The notes: generated from the sequence alone by a model not told the origin. 59,921 nucleotides of DNA from a virus (IMGVR_UViG_3300037560_000117:1-59921), one strand, 5' to 3'. Counted from the stretch's first letter, positions 27,062 through 37,035 are shown. A program made the numbers and translations.

Positions 27062-27406
27062 TTAGTAAGTGACACACCACATACGGATGCCACGTTTAAT
27101 TGCTAGTCTTGCCATGTGCTGTGTGCCCTTGGACTTACCGTCCCAGAACAGGAGTACAGCATCACATTTGAGTAACATGTCTTCATTGCGCACAAATCCG
27201 GCCGCATTGCCGAACTCTTCCCAGTCGGCGGGCATCTGGATCAATTCAAGGCCGTGTTCTCTGGCGTACCGTTCTCCGAGTCTGTCGGCACCTCTGGCAC
27301 AACCCGATATGATGATTGGCTTGACACCCGCACAAAACTGGCGCACCTTGGCTTTCAACAGGGAATAGTCGGTGAAGTCTCTACTGCCCGCTATGATCAG
27401 CTTCAT
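27062..27406 (-). CDS. SLOG-family (YspA/DUF2493-like) protein
   Basis: MKLIIAGSRDF, ISGCARGAD, AGFVRNEDM and FWDGKSKGT motifs. Confidence 0.88.
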   Translation of the reverse strand: MKLIIAGSRDFTDYSLLKAKVRQFCAGVKPIIISGCARGADRLGERYAREHGLELIQMPADWEEFGNAAGFVRNEDMLLKCDAVLLFWDGKSKGTQHMARLAIKRGIRMWCVTY

Positions 27407-27637
27407 CGCTCGGCCTCGGTATAACCGCAACGTGAACAATAATCGTAATAAGGCGCACATCCGCAGAGCGGACATTCGGGTGGTTCGGTTGGGTCAGGTG
27501 TCTGGACGACCCACTCGATCTTGGTTATTCGCATGACGGTACTCCGCACAGCGAGCATACTACGGCGGCAATACCCGTCGCCACAATAATAATACCGAAT
27601 CCCACGCACAATGAAATGAAATCCCAACATAACTTTT

Positions 27638-28210
27638 TCATAATGACTCCTTAATCCACGTGCGCCAGTCACGCAACCAGAGTGTGACAGTGCTTTTGGC
27701 AACGCTGTGTTTTTCGGCTACCTGTTCCATGGTTAATCCGTACAACAGATCGGCGATTAAGTCGTACGCGGTAACTTCGAGTAGTTCATCACACACGTAC
27801 ATCTCGGCTAACTCTAACGCCTGCTCGATGCGTGTGACGTTGGGGTTGTCCGTTATCTCTCCCCACTTCCGGAACGCGATCTTGTCGAGTTCTGGGTGGT
27901 CACCGGAGAAGCCGTCGCCGGTGATGATGATCGACTGCTCCATAGTTGGTGTGCGCCCCGATTTGCGCATGTGGTCAATTGCCATATCGCGGGCGATTTT
28001 AGCACAGAAGCCTCTGGGCGTCCGTACGGTCGATAGGTCGCGGTCCGATTCTAATAGCCGCAGGTAAATGTCCTGCCGTGCGTCTTCACAGTCATCGGGC
28101 TTCACACCATAGAGGCGTAAGCATCGCAACAGGTAGTCGCCGTATCCCGCATGTAGATTATGCACATTGAGCATCTTCTGCTCATTCACGTGCGATTTTT
28201 TAGTTGTCAT
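27638..28210 (-). CDS. ECF-type sigma-70 family RNA polymerase sigma factor
   Basis: Region 2 DCEDARQDIYLRL...KIARDMAIDHMRK; region 4 HTH GLTMEQVAEKHSVAKSTV. Confidence 0.85.
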   Translation of the reverse strand: MTTKKSHVNEQKMLNVHNLHAGYGDYLLRCLRLYGVKPDDCEDARQDIYLRLLESDRDLSTVRTPRGFCAKIARDMAIDHMRKSGRTPTMEQSIIITGDGFSGDHPELDKIAFRKWGEITDNPNVTRIEQALELAEMYVCDELLEVTAYDLIADLLYGLTMEQVAEKHSVAKSTVTLWLRDWRTWIKESL

Positions 28211-28436
28211 TTGATCCCACCAATCCCAGCTTTATGAGGAAGCAGTACCACCACGTCCGGCACGTTGCTTGGCTGTACAACATGTATGAGCTATCGCCTC
28301 GCGGTACCCACGTCACACTCACACCCCCAACAGGTCTCCACCCATAGCCCATGGCGGAATTTACCTGATTGGCTAGGTCGGTTTCATTGCTTGAGTCTAG
28401 TACCATGTACGATTTCATCAGCTTTCTAATTGTCAT
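28200..28436 (-). CDS. DUF1737-like protein
   Basis: VNSAMGYGWRPVGGVSV...YSQA. Confidence 0.6.
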   Translation of the reverse strand: MTIRKLMKSYMVLDSSNETDLANQVNSAMGYGWRPVGGVSVTWVPRGDSSYMLYSQATCRTWWYCFLIKLGLVGSNDN

Positions 28437-28544
28437 ATGCGAACCTATGCCTCCTGTGTACAAACCACGCTGGATTAATATACACCAGTAAAAATTGCGA
28501 TGCCATCCATGTGAACTTCAAATACGATTCCACACGATCTATGA

Positions 28545-29093
28545 TCATAATTGATCCCCTTTCTTTACATCGCGCACACTGGGGTGAGTGTATGCGTCGC
28601 AATTTTGAGCGTGGATACCTGCATGCTTGTGGGCTTCACACGTACACTTTAATACCGATCCTTCACTGCGATAAAGCAGGCTGGGACAGAACGGTTCGTG
28701 TATACCCTTCATGCGATCCACTATGGGACAATTACATTTTGGTTCCGACTTCGGACACACACACGGATTGCCTTTGCAGGCGCAATCCCACGAGTGCGGT
28801 TTGGCTCTTCCCCCAGATAGGCCCTTGAATTCGCCATACGGGCAACCTACGTGGTGCAGTGGGGCGAGACGCGGTTTCTTGTCTGCACAGTCACACGGCG
28901 GGACTAGAAGTTGGAGGCCTTCGAGTTCGGTGCTGTCAGTCGCCTCGATGGTCATGTTGTATGTCTCCTGTGTACGTGGTCGGCTGAGGTAGCGATTTAG
29001 CCACTTGCCCCATGCGACGAGTGTGACGTGCATGAACATCGACATCCAGATCAGTGCGACAGCGAGTATAAGTTCTTGTGGTGTTGCGTTCAT
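28545..29093 (-). CDS. Membrane-anchored Cys/His-rich protein
   Basis: TM helix then three CxC-xn-H-x3-C units; start MNATP after AAGG RBS. Confidence 0.6.
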   Translation of the reverse strand: MNATPQELILAVALIWMSMFMHVTLVAWGKWLNRYLSRPRTQETYNMTIEATDSTELEGLQLLVPPCDCADKKPRLAPLHHVGCPYGEFKGLSGGRAKPHSWDCACKGNPCVCPKSEPKCNCPIVDRMKGIHEPFCPSLLYRSEGSVLKCTCEAHKHAGIHAQNCDAYTHPSVRDVKKGDQL

Positions 29094-29094
29094 T

Positions 29095-29319
29095 TTATTT
29101 TCCTTTTCTATATCGACATTTAGATTGGTGTGTGGTAGGGTCTGCTTTACCCCACTCGCTACCCCAGTGATCTTTATCACACGTACACGCAAGATTACAA
29201 ATATGAAGACTGCACTTTTCTTTATGTACGCCATCCCAACCACTATCACATGTACATGAGTACGTACATACGGGCTTAAAAGGATCGTCGTATTTTCGTG
29301 TCATTGTGGTGGGTCCCAT
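29095..29319 (-). CDS. Small Cys/His-rich protein
   Basis: Two CTC-xn-H-x3-C units. Confidence 0.55.
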   Translation of the reverse strand: MGPTTMTRKYDDPFKPVCTYSCTCDSGWDGVHKEKCSLHICNLACTCDKDHWGSEWGKADPTTHQSKCRYRKGK

Positions 29320-29870
29320 GGACCGCCACTATTAACAGGGCCTCTGTCCTGTGTGAATTCACGTTTACCAACTTCGGCCCACGCATCGATTATACAACTC
29401 TCAAGGCTAATGCGCGATCTCTTGCAGAAATCCGCAAGAAAGATAGTAATATCGCCTACCGCATCGCGCATTTTAGCTTTGTAGTCGATGTCCGGTTCAC
29501 GACTTCCCATTTGACTTTTAAGTACAGCGTGCGATAACTCCCCTAGTTCCTCTATCAAACCAAGTACAGTGAGAGTAGGGGTCGAGTTAGGGAAATTGCG
29601 ATCACTCCACACCCCGACTTCATTTTGAAACCGTACCAGATCAAGTCTGCCCGTTGTCGCATTGTTGAGTTCACTGACATTCACTTTAGTTTCAATAGAC
29701 ACAACTTCGTCCATCGGTATCGAATCCCAGACTTCACCTTCATCGGTTGTATATTTGATTTCATAATACGCGCCATTTACACCGTGCGCTTTTATATTAT
29801 TGTATGTGAATCGCGAATTAGGTTTGTCGGCTCCACTCTTGTTTATCATTGTCAGTATTAGTTTATTCAT
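29301..29870 (-). CDS. MazG-like (d)NTP pyrophosphohydrolase (MazZ candidate)
   Basis: FQNEVGVWSDRNF, LGLIEELGEL and DAVGDITIFLADF motifs. Confidence 0.85.
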   Translation of the reverse strand: MNKLILTMINKSGADKPNSRFTYNNIKAHGVNGAYYEIKYTTDEGEVWDSIPMDEVVSIETKVNVSELNNATTGRLDLVRFQNEVGVWSDRNFPNSTPTLTVLGLIEELGELSHAVLKSQMGSREPDIDYKAKMRDAVGDITIFLADFCKRSRISLESCIIDAWAEVGKREFTQDRGPVNSGGPWDPPQ

Positions 29871-30417
29871 TGTGTCCTTTCGACGGCCACTCTGGAAGGA
29901 ATGATGCCGTGTATGTTAGTTCTTTGGCTAAGCTGAAATCGACAGTGTACCCTTGACCATGGCATCGTCTTTCACAGATGCGAGTCTCCTGTATGATATA
30001 TTGCAGACATTGTTGGTCACTCCAGCCGTTAATATCACGTAGATGTTCGATCATTCGTTGTATATATCGAGGTGAGGCGGATTTTGCAGTCTGCCAGTAA
30101 TGCGCAATACGATGGCACAAAGGACAAAGTGCGATAACACTTGCGAGTCTTTGTATTTTCTTAGTGTCGTCATATTCGTATTGCTCATGCGCCTCCACAG
30201 GCCATTTTTCCCCGACACCGCCGCATACCTCACATTGATAGTTGGCTTGTTGGTACACGTACCGAGTAATACGCTTCCACAGATAAACCGGAATGTACTT
30301 TCCGTCATTACTGGACAACCGCTCGCCATGGAGAGACGTTGGCACCAACATGAGTGGCAATTTACTGGTTATCATTGTCACACACCTAATTTTATCAATT
30401 TCAGGGATCGCATACAA
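29863..30417 (-). CDS. HNH-family endonuclease-like protein
   Basis: YQCEVCG, EAHEQYEY and ALCPLCHRIAH motifs. Confidence 0.8.
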   Translation of the reverse strand: MYAIPEIDKIRCVTMITSKLPLMLVPTSLHGERLSSNDGKYIPVYLWKRITRYVYQQANYQCEVCGGVGEKWPVEAHEQYEYDDTKKIQRLASVIALCPLCHRIAHYWQTAKSASPRYIQRMIEHLRDINGWSDQQCLQYIIQETRICERRCHGQGYTVDFSLAKELTYTASFLPEWPSKGHNE

Positions 30418-30983
30418 CCCACAACGTACTCGGCCTGTGTCATTGCATCGTGGAGCGCATTATGAGGGGTACGACCTGTACGCTCGCAGGTGCTGTTATT
30501 ACGTTTCATTGTGCCATAGTTAGGGAATACATCCTGTACCTGTTGTCCCATTAAACGCAAGGCTCGCATACAACACTCGGCTTTACGATGCCACGGTACA
30601 GAAAATCCGCACGAAAGAAAAGCATGGCGTAATATTCGAAAATCGAATGTCGCACCGTTAACCCAGATGCTGTGCCCTTTTTTACGGGTCGGTACGTTGT
30701 GTTGTTCGAGATAACATCCGAGGTCGTTAAGTGCGCCTAGTAACGTCACATCAAATTCCTGTGGTTGTAGTTCGGCCCGTGCTTTATCACTCTGTGCCGT
30801 CCACCACCGCACGGTTTCAGGGTCCATACTCCTATTGCGTTGTGTTTCGCAATCAATCGGTATTGTGCGATAGAATTCGGTATCCTTAACAATACCCTCC
30901 TGTGTGAAACCTATTGCGCCAATAGCGACGATTTTCGCATCGTCCTGTCCACCCATAGTTTCAATGTCAATCATTATATTCAT
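30378..30983 (-). CDS. DEDDh 3'-5' exonuclease
   Basis: IMIDIETMG, WVNGATFD and HNALHDA motifs. Confidence 0.9.
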   Translation of the reverse strand: MNIMIDIETMGGQDDAKIVAIGAIGFTQEGIVKDTEFYRTIPIDCETQRNRSMDPETVRWWTAQSDKARAELQPQEFDVTLLGALNDLGCYLEQHNVPTRKKGHSIWVNGATFDFRILRHAFLSCGFSVPWHRKAECCMRALRLMGQQVQDVFPNYGTMKRNNSTCERTGRTPHNALHDAMTQAEYVVGCMRSLKLIKLGV

Positions 30984-31687
30984 TATTCATCATCCTCATT
31001 TGCTTCGTCGGACGTCACATCAGCCGACTCCGCTTCTTCTATGGCATTTAGTTTATTAGTGATCTCACGGATCACCGCATCTCGAAGTTGTTCTAGCTCT
31101 ATCATACTCAGTGCGGTCATATCGAGGTTGTGAAGACCGCCGATCTCTTCGCGATATACCAATATCAACTCTGACACGTACTCGCTGTTTATTACCACGC
31201 TCTTTGGATTGGCTAGTAGAATGCGAGTTCCGCTTGCCGAGAGTGCTTTCCGGTCGGCGTCCGCGTGGACTTCCTTTCGGATTTGTTCGTACAAGCCACG
31301 TAGCTGTGCGACCAAAGCTGCAAGCGTGCCTGTGGTGTCCTTCTCGTATGTGTTATCGTCGATCTGCTTTGTGACCTTATCCACTAAATCCGAGATGCCT
31401 TGTAGTCGGGCTTTATCCTCGGCCCACCGAATCGCACCAGTCTCAAGTTGCCATTCATGGTGCGCATGCGCAACCGTATCTTTTGGTACACGTGCACACC
31501 GCATCCGGAATTGGTCGTAATTGTGGACTATAGGGTCCAAGGGTGGAATACCGCTTGACTCTTTCTCAAAGTCAGGTCCGGTTACCTTAATCCAGATGTC
31601 TTTGTAAGGTATCCACTGTGCGAGTTGTCCGATAATGTACAACCGCATTGACTTTGACCATTTAGGGGCTATTGTATTTTTGCCCAT
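30983..31687 (-). CDS. DUF2280-like protein, candidate terminase small subunit
   Basis: RLYIIGQLAQW, IRWAEDKARLQGI and LYEQIRKE resemble the DUF2280 pattern as recalled. Confidence 0.5.
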   Translation of the reverse strand: MGKNTIAPKWSKSMRLYIIGQLAQWIPYKDIWIKVTGPDFEKESSGIPPLDPIVHNYDQFRMRCARVPKDTVAHAHHEWQLETGAIRWAEDKARLQGISDLVDKVTKQIDDNTYEKDTTGTLAALVAQLRGLYEQIRKEVHADADRKALSASGTRILLANPKSVVINSEYVSELILVYREEIGGLHNLDMTALSMIELEQLRDAVIREITNKLNAIEEAESADVTSDEANEDDE

Positions 31688-33759
31688 TAGTTACCTCTTG
31701 TTAGATCAGATGCCTTAGCGGGCTGTGCGATCTTATATGTTAAACCAGAACCTACTACTTTGGTCCCCATACCAATTTCTCCGACTTTTCGGAGTTCGGA
31801 CAGTGCGCTTTTAAACGCACGCCCTTGGTCGGGGTCTTCTTTGAAATGGTCGCGGTACGCTTGTGCGCATTCGCTTCTCTCAAATGTATCACCATCGTGT
31901 GTTTTTACGAAATCACGGAGCCAATCAAGCACTATCTCGTTTTTCGACTTTTCGTCATGTTCGTTTTGCACTTTCGGGTCCCAATCTTTCACGTGCTTAT
32001 AACCTCGAACTTCGTCGATATAGTCAATCGCACAGTTATTACTTGAATTAACACGGCGACCGATAAAGGACAATTGCCGCCTATTTTCTTTACGAGCAGG
32101 TGTCATAGTGACAATCGCATCCACAGCGGATGTGATACCAATCGAGCCTGTTGATAGGCCGGTCGATTTGTTGGCGTGATGTAACCACACAATAGCAGTG
32201 TTAAGTGCAATGGCTAACGGTCGTAATTTGGATACGAGTTTTTGCCACTCCGCGCTTTCTGAACTATCGGGTATTTTACCGTTATTAATGATCGGAAAGA
32301 TCGAGTGAATCGAATCTAAAATCACAATATCCGGCTTTGCCTCTGCTATAAAGCTACCCAATTCGGACCACGATGTCGGTACATTCATATCCCCAGCAAT
32401 GATGCATTGATCGGAAAACTCACTACCTCCGGCTTTTGCGAAACGATATACGATGTCTTCGCATGGTTCGTCTGGTGAAATCCACAGGACACGGTAACCT
32501 TTACGTAAAGCGGCCACACACTCGAAAGTGCAGATGGTCGATTTACCGCTTAGTTTTTCACGCCCAACAAGTAATGTGATGCGCTTACGCCACGAAAACC
32601 ACTCACCGACAAGCTCTGGCATCGGTGGTGCATCGCCTCCGTCCAGTAATTCGGTCAGTGTGCGAGGACGGCGCACGAATACTTCATCGTCATCATCGGT
32701 GCCAATGTCACCGGACAATAATGCGTCAACGTCTATCTCTTCTATTGATTTGCGTCCCGCCTCTCGCGCCTCTTTTAACGAGGGGTGATGTGTCCCGAAA
32801 TCGTACCCTGCGCCGGTAAACGCCGATACAATCACACGGTCCACATCCGGTGAACTCAAGGGCGGGTCATTTAATTTATTCCATGTGAGCACTTTGGTTA
32901 GGGTATCGTCTTCGGAGAACCCTAACTTTCGACACTCGGAAGCCCGTAATAGGGCTTCATTGTCGCGGTCGCCTCGTGTGGCTCCACGTGCCAACAAGAT
33001 ATCTAAACTTGCCAGCATCATTTTTGCGCGACTATCCGACAGCGGAGGTGCGTCCCAGTTTGCGCTTTTTTCAATCGATCCCACACTGGTTTCATGGGAT
33101 AGTTTAACTAAGGACTCAACAGGGACAACGTTATCACACAACACGTAACCGCGATGGCCGCGATTCTTTGAGGACGATGCGATCTTTTTGATATCTTCGA
33201 TTGAAGATTCCATCGCAATGCCCATGTCTAATTGTGTCTTTCGCAGTTTGGTCTTGCTATGGTATGTGTTAGGCACACGCCACAGCCTGTTGTGATTATA
33301 TATCTTCGTGTCGATTTCTACGTGAAACAAGGACGCGATCTGGGTGCACGTATATCGCATTCGATCTGGGAGGTCTTGAGACGGCTCAAAGCCGAACACT
33401 CCCGAATCAATGCCAACGTGATACCCCTTCGATCCGGAGAAATAGACGATTGTTTCGTCAATCACTCCCATCGACTTAATCCCACGCAAGAGAGCTTGCA
33501 TATCAATCGTCGCATCCTGTAAATCAGATGCGTCAATATCAAACCAAAGATAATCGGACCAAACCTCAAACTTACTCGCCCCCCGCACACTACCTGTTGT
33601 ATCAACGTGCTTTTGGTATTCCTCGCGGAACCTAAACATCGTTGTGTACGTGTCGGTAGCGTCTTTGGGTATCGGTAGTTTGTCAAGTTTGACAACGTTG
33701 TTGCGCTTAGTTGCGCCTCCTACTGCCAGATCAACAAATGTGAATTCCGTATGTCTCAT
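31687..33759 (-). CDS. AEP primase-polymerase fused to a RepA/AAA_25-type helicase
   Basis: WFDIDA, FSGSKGYHV and RLWRVPNT (AEP); GREKLSGKS Walker A, VILDS Walker B, LHHANK. Confidence 0.88.
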   Translation of the reverse strand: MRHTEFTFVDLAVGGATKRNNVVKLDKLPIPKDATDTYTTMFRFREEYQKHVDTTGSVRGASKFEVWSDYLWFDIDASDLQDATIDMQALLRGIKSMGVIDETIVYFSGSKGYHVGIDSGVFGFEPSQDLPDRMRYTCTQIASLFHVEIDTKIYNHNRLWRVPNTYHSKTKLRKTQLDMGIAMESSIEDIKKIASSSKNRGHRGYVLCDNVVPVESLVKLSHETSVGSIEKSANWDAPPLSDSRAKMMLASLDILLARGATRGDRDNEALLRASECRKLGFSEDDTLTKVLTWNKLNDPPLSSPDVDRVIVSAFTGAGYDFGTHHPSLKEAREAGRKSIEEIDVDALLSGDIGTDDDDEVFVRRPRTLTELLDGGDAPPMPELVGEWFSWRKRITLLVGREKLSGKSTICTFECVAALRKGYRVLWISPDEPCEDIVYRFAKAGGSEFSDQCIIAGDMNVPTSWSELGSFIAEAKPDIVILDSIHSIFPIINNGKIPDSSESAEWQKLVSKLRPLAIALNTAIVWLHHANKSTGLSTGSIGITSAVDAIVTMTPARKENRRQLSFIGRRVNSSNNCAIDYIDEVRGYKHVKDWDPKVQNEHDEKSKNEIVLDWLRDFVKTHDGDTFERSECAQAYRDHFKEDPDQGRAFKSALSELRKVGEIGMGTKVVGSGLTYKIAQPAKASDLTRGN

Positions 33760-33999
33760 TTACCATCTTTTTATTGTATAAGTGGGCAGTTGTATTTTAG
33801 GATAGTTGGCAACAAATAGCCATCCCATGCCGAGACAGTTAGAACACCGCGCTACAGGTGCGTCTATATTTCGACTGAGAACGTGTGGGAGCTTACCGGT
33901 ATTAGAAATTGTGCGAATCACGAGCTTGCGTTCTTCCACACTGAGTTCAATACCAAAACTCACACACCGCTTGCATATTTGGGTGCCGTATCTGATCAT
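33760..33999 (-). CDS. Small zinc-finger protein
   Basis: CKRC...CSNCLGMG. Confidence 0.5.
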   Translation of the reverse strand: MIRYGTQICKRCVSFGIELSVEERKLVIRTISNTGKLPHVLSRNIDAPVARCSNCLGMGWLFVANYPKIQLPTYTIKRW

Positions 34000-35057
34000 T
34001 GTTGTCGTCTTATTACACTAAGTTTTGGACCGCCTGTGCCAACGAATGTGACAGGCAGGCCAGTTAACTTTTCAAGACTCGAAACAAAACCACGGCTTTT
34101 TTCGGATAGCCAATCATAGAGGTCTTGCCCTTCGTCGTCGGGGTTAACATAATCAATAAAAGTAAGTGCAATCTCAGTCGGCCCATGCAACAACACACAC
34201 TGTCTAGCCAATTCGTCATCCCACTTGCCGATGCGGCGTGTTTTTAAGGTAACAGTCGTTATCTCGGTAGTTTCACGTCCGAGACGTTTCGACATTTCCT
34301 CCCACGTCATTTCGTCCTTTAGCGGGCCGCTAGTGCCTGCCACACGAATCGGGAATGTGCGGAATACAGCGATAATGCGACCAATGTCTTTTAACGGAAT
34401 ACCGACATCAGCGCATAACTGAGCGGGGCCGGGGTCTGTGCTCGTGCAATGCGGCCATGGACCGTGGATCAATGACAGCCCTTGACCCTGTGCGCCTTCA
34501 AGTAATACCTTGTACCCGTGTGCGGTGCGTAACGCCTCTATGTAGGCGGGTGTATCTTCACGCTCAAATTGCGCAAACCACACATCCTCTTCGGCAAGGT
34601 CCCTGTATAGGCGGAATCGTTCAGGATCACGTGAAATCCGGGCTTCACGTGCGGGGCCGACACCCTCACCTGTCGAACCAATTCTGTCGTGCATTTCTCC
34701 GTGAATACCGCCCTCCATTTCGTGAAAGACAAGATCAAGAATACCGCACAACGGGTCAATCACCAGTCTGGTGTAAATGGACGGGTCAACCTCGGCAATG
34801 GCCTCAACTTCACGACGCAACAGTACAGGATCGATTAAACCACCACGACCGATAATTAACACGGCCTCAGGATTAGCCCATCCGCACGGTATTGTCTGCA
34901 TTTTCCACAGCCTATCGTACGCTATAAACGAATGACCCGCATTAGGTGCACCAACACGGATGTGGACGTCGTAGTCATCTGCAAGGTGTCCGGCTATTAC
35001 GCCTTTGCCCTCTGACCCGAACTGGCCACCGAATATAATATCAACTTTGGGTTTCAT
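33996..35057 (-). CDS. purZ: PurA homologue of PurZ/PurZ0 type (N6-succino-2-amino-deoxyadenylate synthase)
   Basis: GGQFGSEGKG (Ser in place of the PurA catalytic Asp), NAGH, IGSTGEGVG, LEGAQG, TTVTLKTRRIG, LTFIDY. Confidence 0.85.
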   Translation of the reverse strand: MKPKVDIIFGGQFGSEGKGVIAGHLADDYDVHIRVGAPNAGHSFIAYDRLWKMQTIPCGWANPEAVLIIGRGGLIDPVLLRREVEAIAEVDPSIYTRLVIDPLCGILDLVFHEMEGGIHGEMHDRIGSTGEGVGPAREARISRDPERFRLYRDLAEEDVWFAQFEREDTPAYIEALRTAHGYKVLLEGAQGQGLSLIHGPWPHCTSTDPGPAQLCADVGIPLKDIGRIIAVFRTFPIRVAGTSGPLKDEMTWEEMSKRLGRETTEITTVTLKTRRIGKWDDELARQCVLLHGPTEIALTFIDYVNPDDEGQDLYDWLSEKSRGFVSSLEKLTGLPVTFVGTGGPKLSVIRRQQ

Positions 35058-35066
35058 TGTATCTCC

Positions 35067-35474
35067 TTATGTCCAGTCACATTCGCCACAGTGGCAGTCC
35101 GGAAAGTTACACGCCTTGCTTTCGATGACGGCTGAGGGGATTGGGATAGTGGTGCCAACGGCCTCTGTGAACTGTGGTGCCGGTGTCGCATTCTTACGCA
35201 TTCTTGCGAGTTCTTCGTTGCGTGCCGTAGCTTTGAGGTTCATTCCGGCCAGAGTCTCGGCTTGATTGTCAATCTTCCTCTGCATGATGATCGTCTCTTG
35301 CCGGAGGTGATTGTTGCTCTTACGATATTTACGCACCTGATCACACAGCTCACCTATGCGTCTGATGTGCCAACAGGCTTGGTTCGGCAAAGCCGCCGTA
35401 CACGATCTACGTCGTCTTTTTGAACTTTGGGATTTTGTTTCTTTCATATTAAGTGATGTCCTTTCGCACGGCAA
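35067..35474 (-). CDS. Hypothetical coiled-coil protein
   Basis: ORF within the nucleotide-metabolism cluster. Confidence 0.5.
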   Translation of the reverse strand: MPCERTSLNMKETKSQSSKRRRRSCTAALPNQACWHIRRIGELCDQVRKYRKSNNHLRQETIIMQRKIDNQAETLAGMNLKATARNEELARMRKNATPAPQFTEAVGTTIPIPSAVIESKACNFPDCHCGECDWT

Positions 35475-36109
35475 TCGTCACAATCGCCTTGGTCAGTGCA
35501 ATTACCACAACGAGTTTTCGGTTGTGAGTCTTGGATTCCTTGACTACATGTACCATCACAGCCCGCACAATCAGCACAATCACAACCGCGACCATCAAGC
35601 GGTGTGGCTTCCTGCGCCATTGTCGGGTTATTATAGACTTCTTCTTCGACTAACTCTCCGTACCAATGTCCGATGTGAGTGGCCACTTTGAGCAGTGCTT
35701 CGTCGAGTGTTTCCCCAGCTTCTTCATCAATAAATACAACATGCGAACAAAGACCCCTGACCCAGAAATGTTTAGCGAGATACGCTTCATTAGTGATTAA
35801 AATGACGGGAGTGCGTTGCATCCAAGCGTACATAATCTCACAGGGCGTACCAAAACTGGCATCTTCACATTTCATCGACACAGCCAACATACAATGTGCA
35901 CGGTCGATATCTTGTAAGTCCCGGACTACTACCTCATTTGGCGATAGTGAGTCCCAAGATTGCATCGCGTATTTTGCTCTTAAGGGATCGAGGCTGTAGA
36001 TACCAAACTTAGCAAGGATAGGAGCAATAATCGCACGATACCCAGTTGCGCCATGTCCCAACTTAATTTTCCCCGCTAAGTAAATGTAGCGTTTGTTTGA
36101 AAAAGCCAT
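35444..36109 (-). CDS. Nucleoside 2-deoxyribosyltransferase / dNMP N-glycosidase family protein
   Basis: IYLAG, LDP, VVRDLQDID and SFGTPCEIMYA motifs; Cys-rich tail. Confidence 0.85.
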   Translation of the reverse strand: MAFSNKRYIYLAGKIKLGHGATGYRAIIAPILAKFGIYSLDPLRAKYAMQSWDSLSPNEVVVRDLQDIDRAHCMLAVSMKCEDASFGTPCEIMYAWMQRTPVILITNEAYLAKHFWVRGLCSHVVFIDEEAGETLDEALLKVATHIGHWYGELVEEEVYNNPTMAQEATPLDGRGCDCADCAGCDGTCSQGIQDSQPKTRCGNCTDQGDCDDCRAKGHHLI

Positions 36110-36110
36110 A

Positions 36111-36755
36111 TCAGCTTCCTTTCGGTGTTTCGTTTGGTCTGTCCCACCGGATAGGTGTGAACATCTTCTGTATTTGCTTCGGTTTAATTGTTTGTCGGTC
36201 GTCGTTGCCCTGTCCTGTGGTCACGTACTCCATGAGAAATAGGCAGTTGGCGATCACATGTGCGAGGTGGCTGACACCAGATTCGTCGTCGTCATTTTCA
36301 CCAAGGCTCCACTTGAGGAAGTGTCGCCAGATAGAGCCGATACAGCGCGAATAACTGAACCCTTCCTCCCAGTTGCGATCACCGTAAGTGAACGCTCCGA
36401 AAGTGAAGACCTGTGCGACGGCGGTTAACGGTCCGAGAGGCAAAAGATCGAATCGCACTTTCTGTTTTGGTGATCGTGCGGCGATGCCATCTTGCTTATT
36501 GGAAGTTGGACCACCGCCATCGACGGGTGTGCTCTTCCAGTTCTCAATTTCGTAGAACTCAGGTCGCACGGACCCTGACACCATATCAGCCAACATGCCG
36601 ATTTCTTCGACAAGCTCCTTATGTGCGAGAGCGTAGAGGCCCTGCTGTGTGTCAGCTTCTACCTCGTACTCGTACTCTTTGCGGTTCGCCATGAAGAATC
36701 GTACTTTAGCTTTCATCCGTACTCTCCCTCTCCTTTTCAGTTTGTCGTTTCGCAC
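36111..36755 (-). CDS. dATP/dGTP diphosphohydrolase-like (DUF5664) protein
   Basis: KVRFDLLP, VFTFGA..YGDRNWE.G, RH...W..GE..D.ESG..HLAH. Confidence 0.85.
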   Translation of the reverse strand: MRNDKLKRRGRVRMKAKVRFFMANRKEYEYEVEADTQQGLYALAHKELVEEIGMLADMVSGSVRPEFYEIENWKSTPVDGGGPTSNKQDGIAARSPKQKVRFDLLPLGPLTAVAQVFTFGAFTYGDRNWEEGFSYSRCIGSIWRHFLKWSLGENDDDESGVSHLAHVIANCLFLMEYVTTGQGNDDRQTIKPKQIQKMFTPIRWDRPNETPKGS

Positions 36756-37035
36756 TGTCTTTTAACTTCTCTTTGTAGTCTAACAATAGACCTGCAAGTG
36801 TGGCACGGATCGTGTTGTCCGGCTCACCAATCACACGCTGACCGGCTACTGTGTTGATGTACTGACTTATCGTGTATGCCGCGTCATCAATCAGCTTACC
36901 TGCGAGTTTTTGTAGTTCACCTTCGATGGCAGTTTGCGATATTGCGTCTGCCTGTTCACTGTTACCCATTATAATCTCCAATCTAGAGTTAGTGGGCAAT
37001 TGCCCAATTAGCACCGGACCCGATATCGACAACAA
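36706..37035 (-). CDS. Hypothetical protein
   Basis: ORF between polymerase and DUF5664 gene; start probably MGNSEQ. Confidence 0.5.
   Translation of the reverse strand: MLSISGPVLIGQLPTNSRLEIIMGNSEQADAISQTAIEGELQKLAGKLIDDAAYTISQYINTVAGQRVIGEPDNTIRATLAGLLLDYKEKLKDSAKRQTEKERESTDES

Noticed and set aside
33996-35057. Ordinary purA auxiliary metabolic gene
   Set aside because: The catalytic Asp is replaced by Ser, and the neighbours are dNTP-pool enzymes and a polymerase
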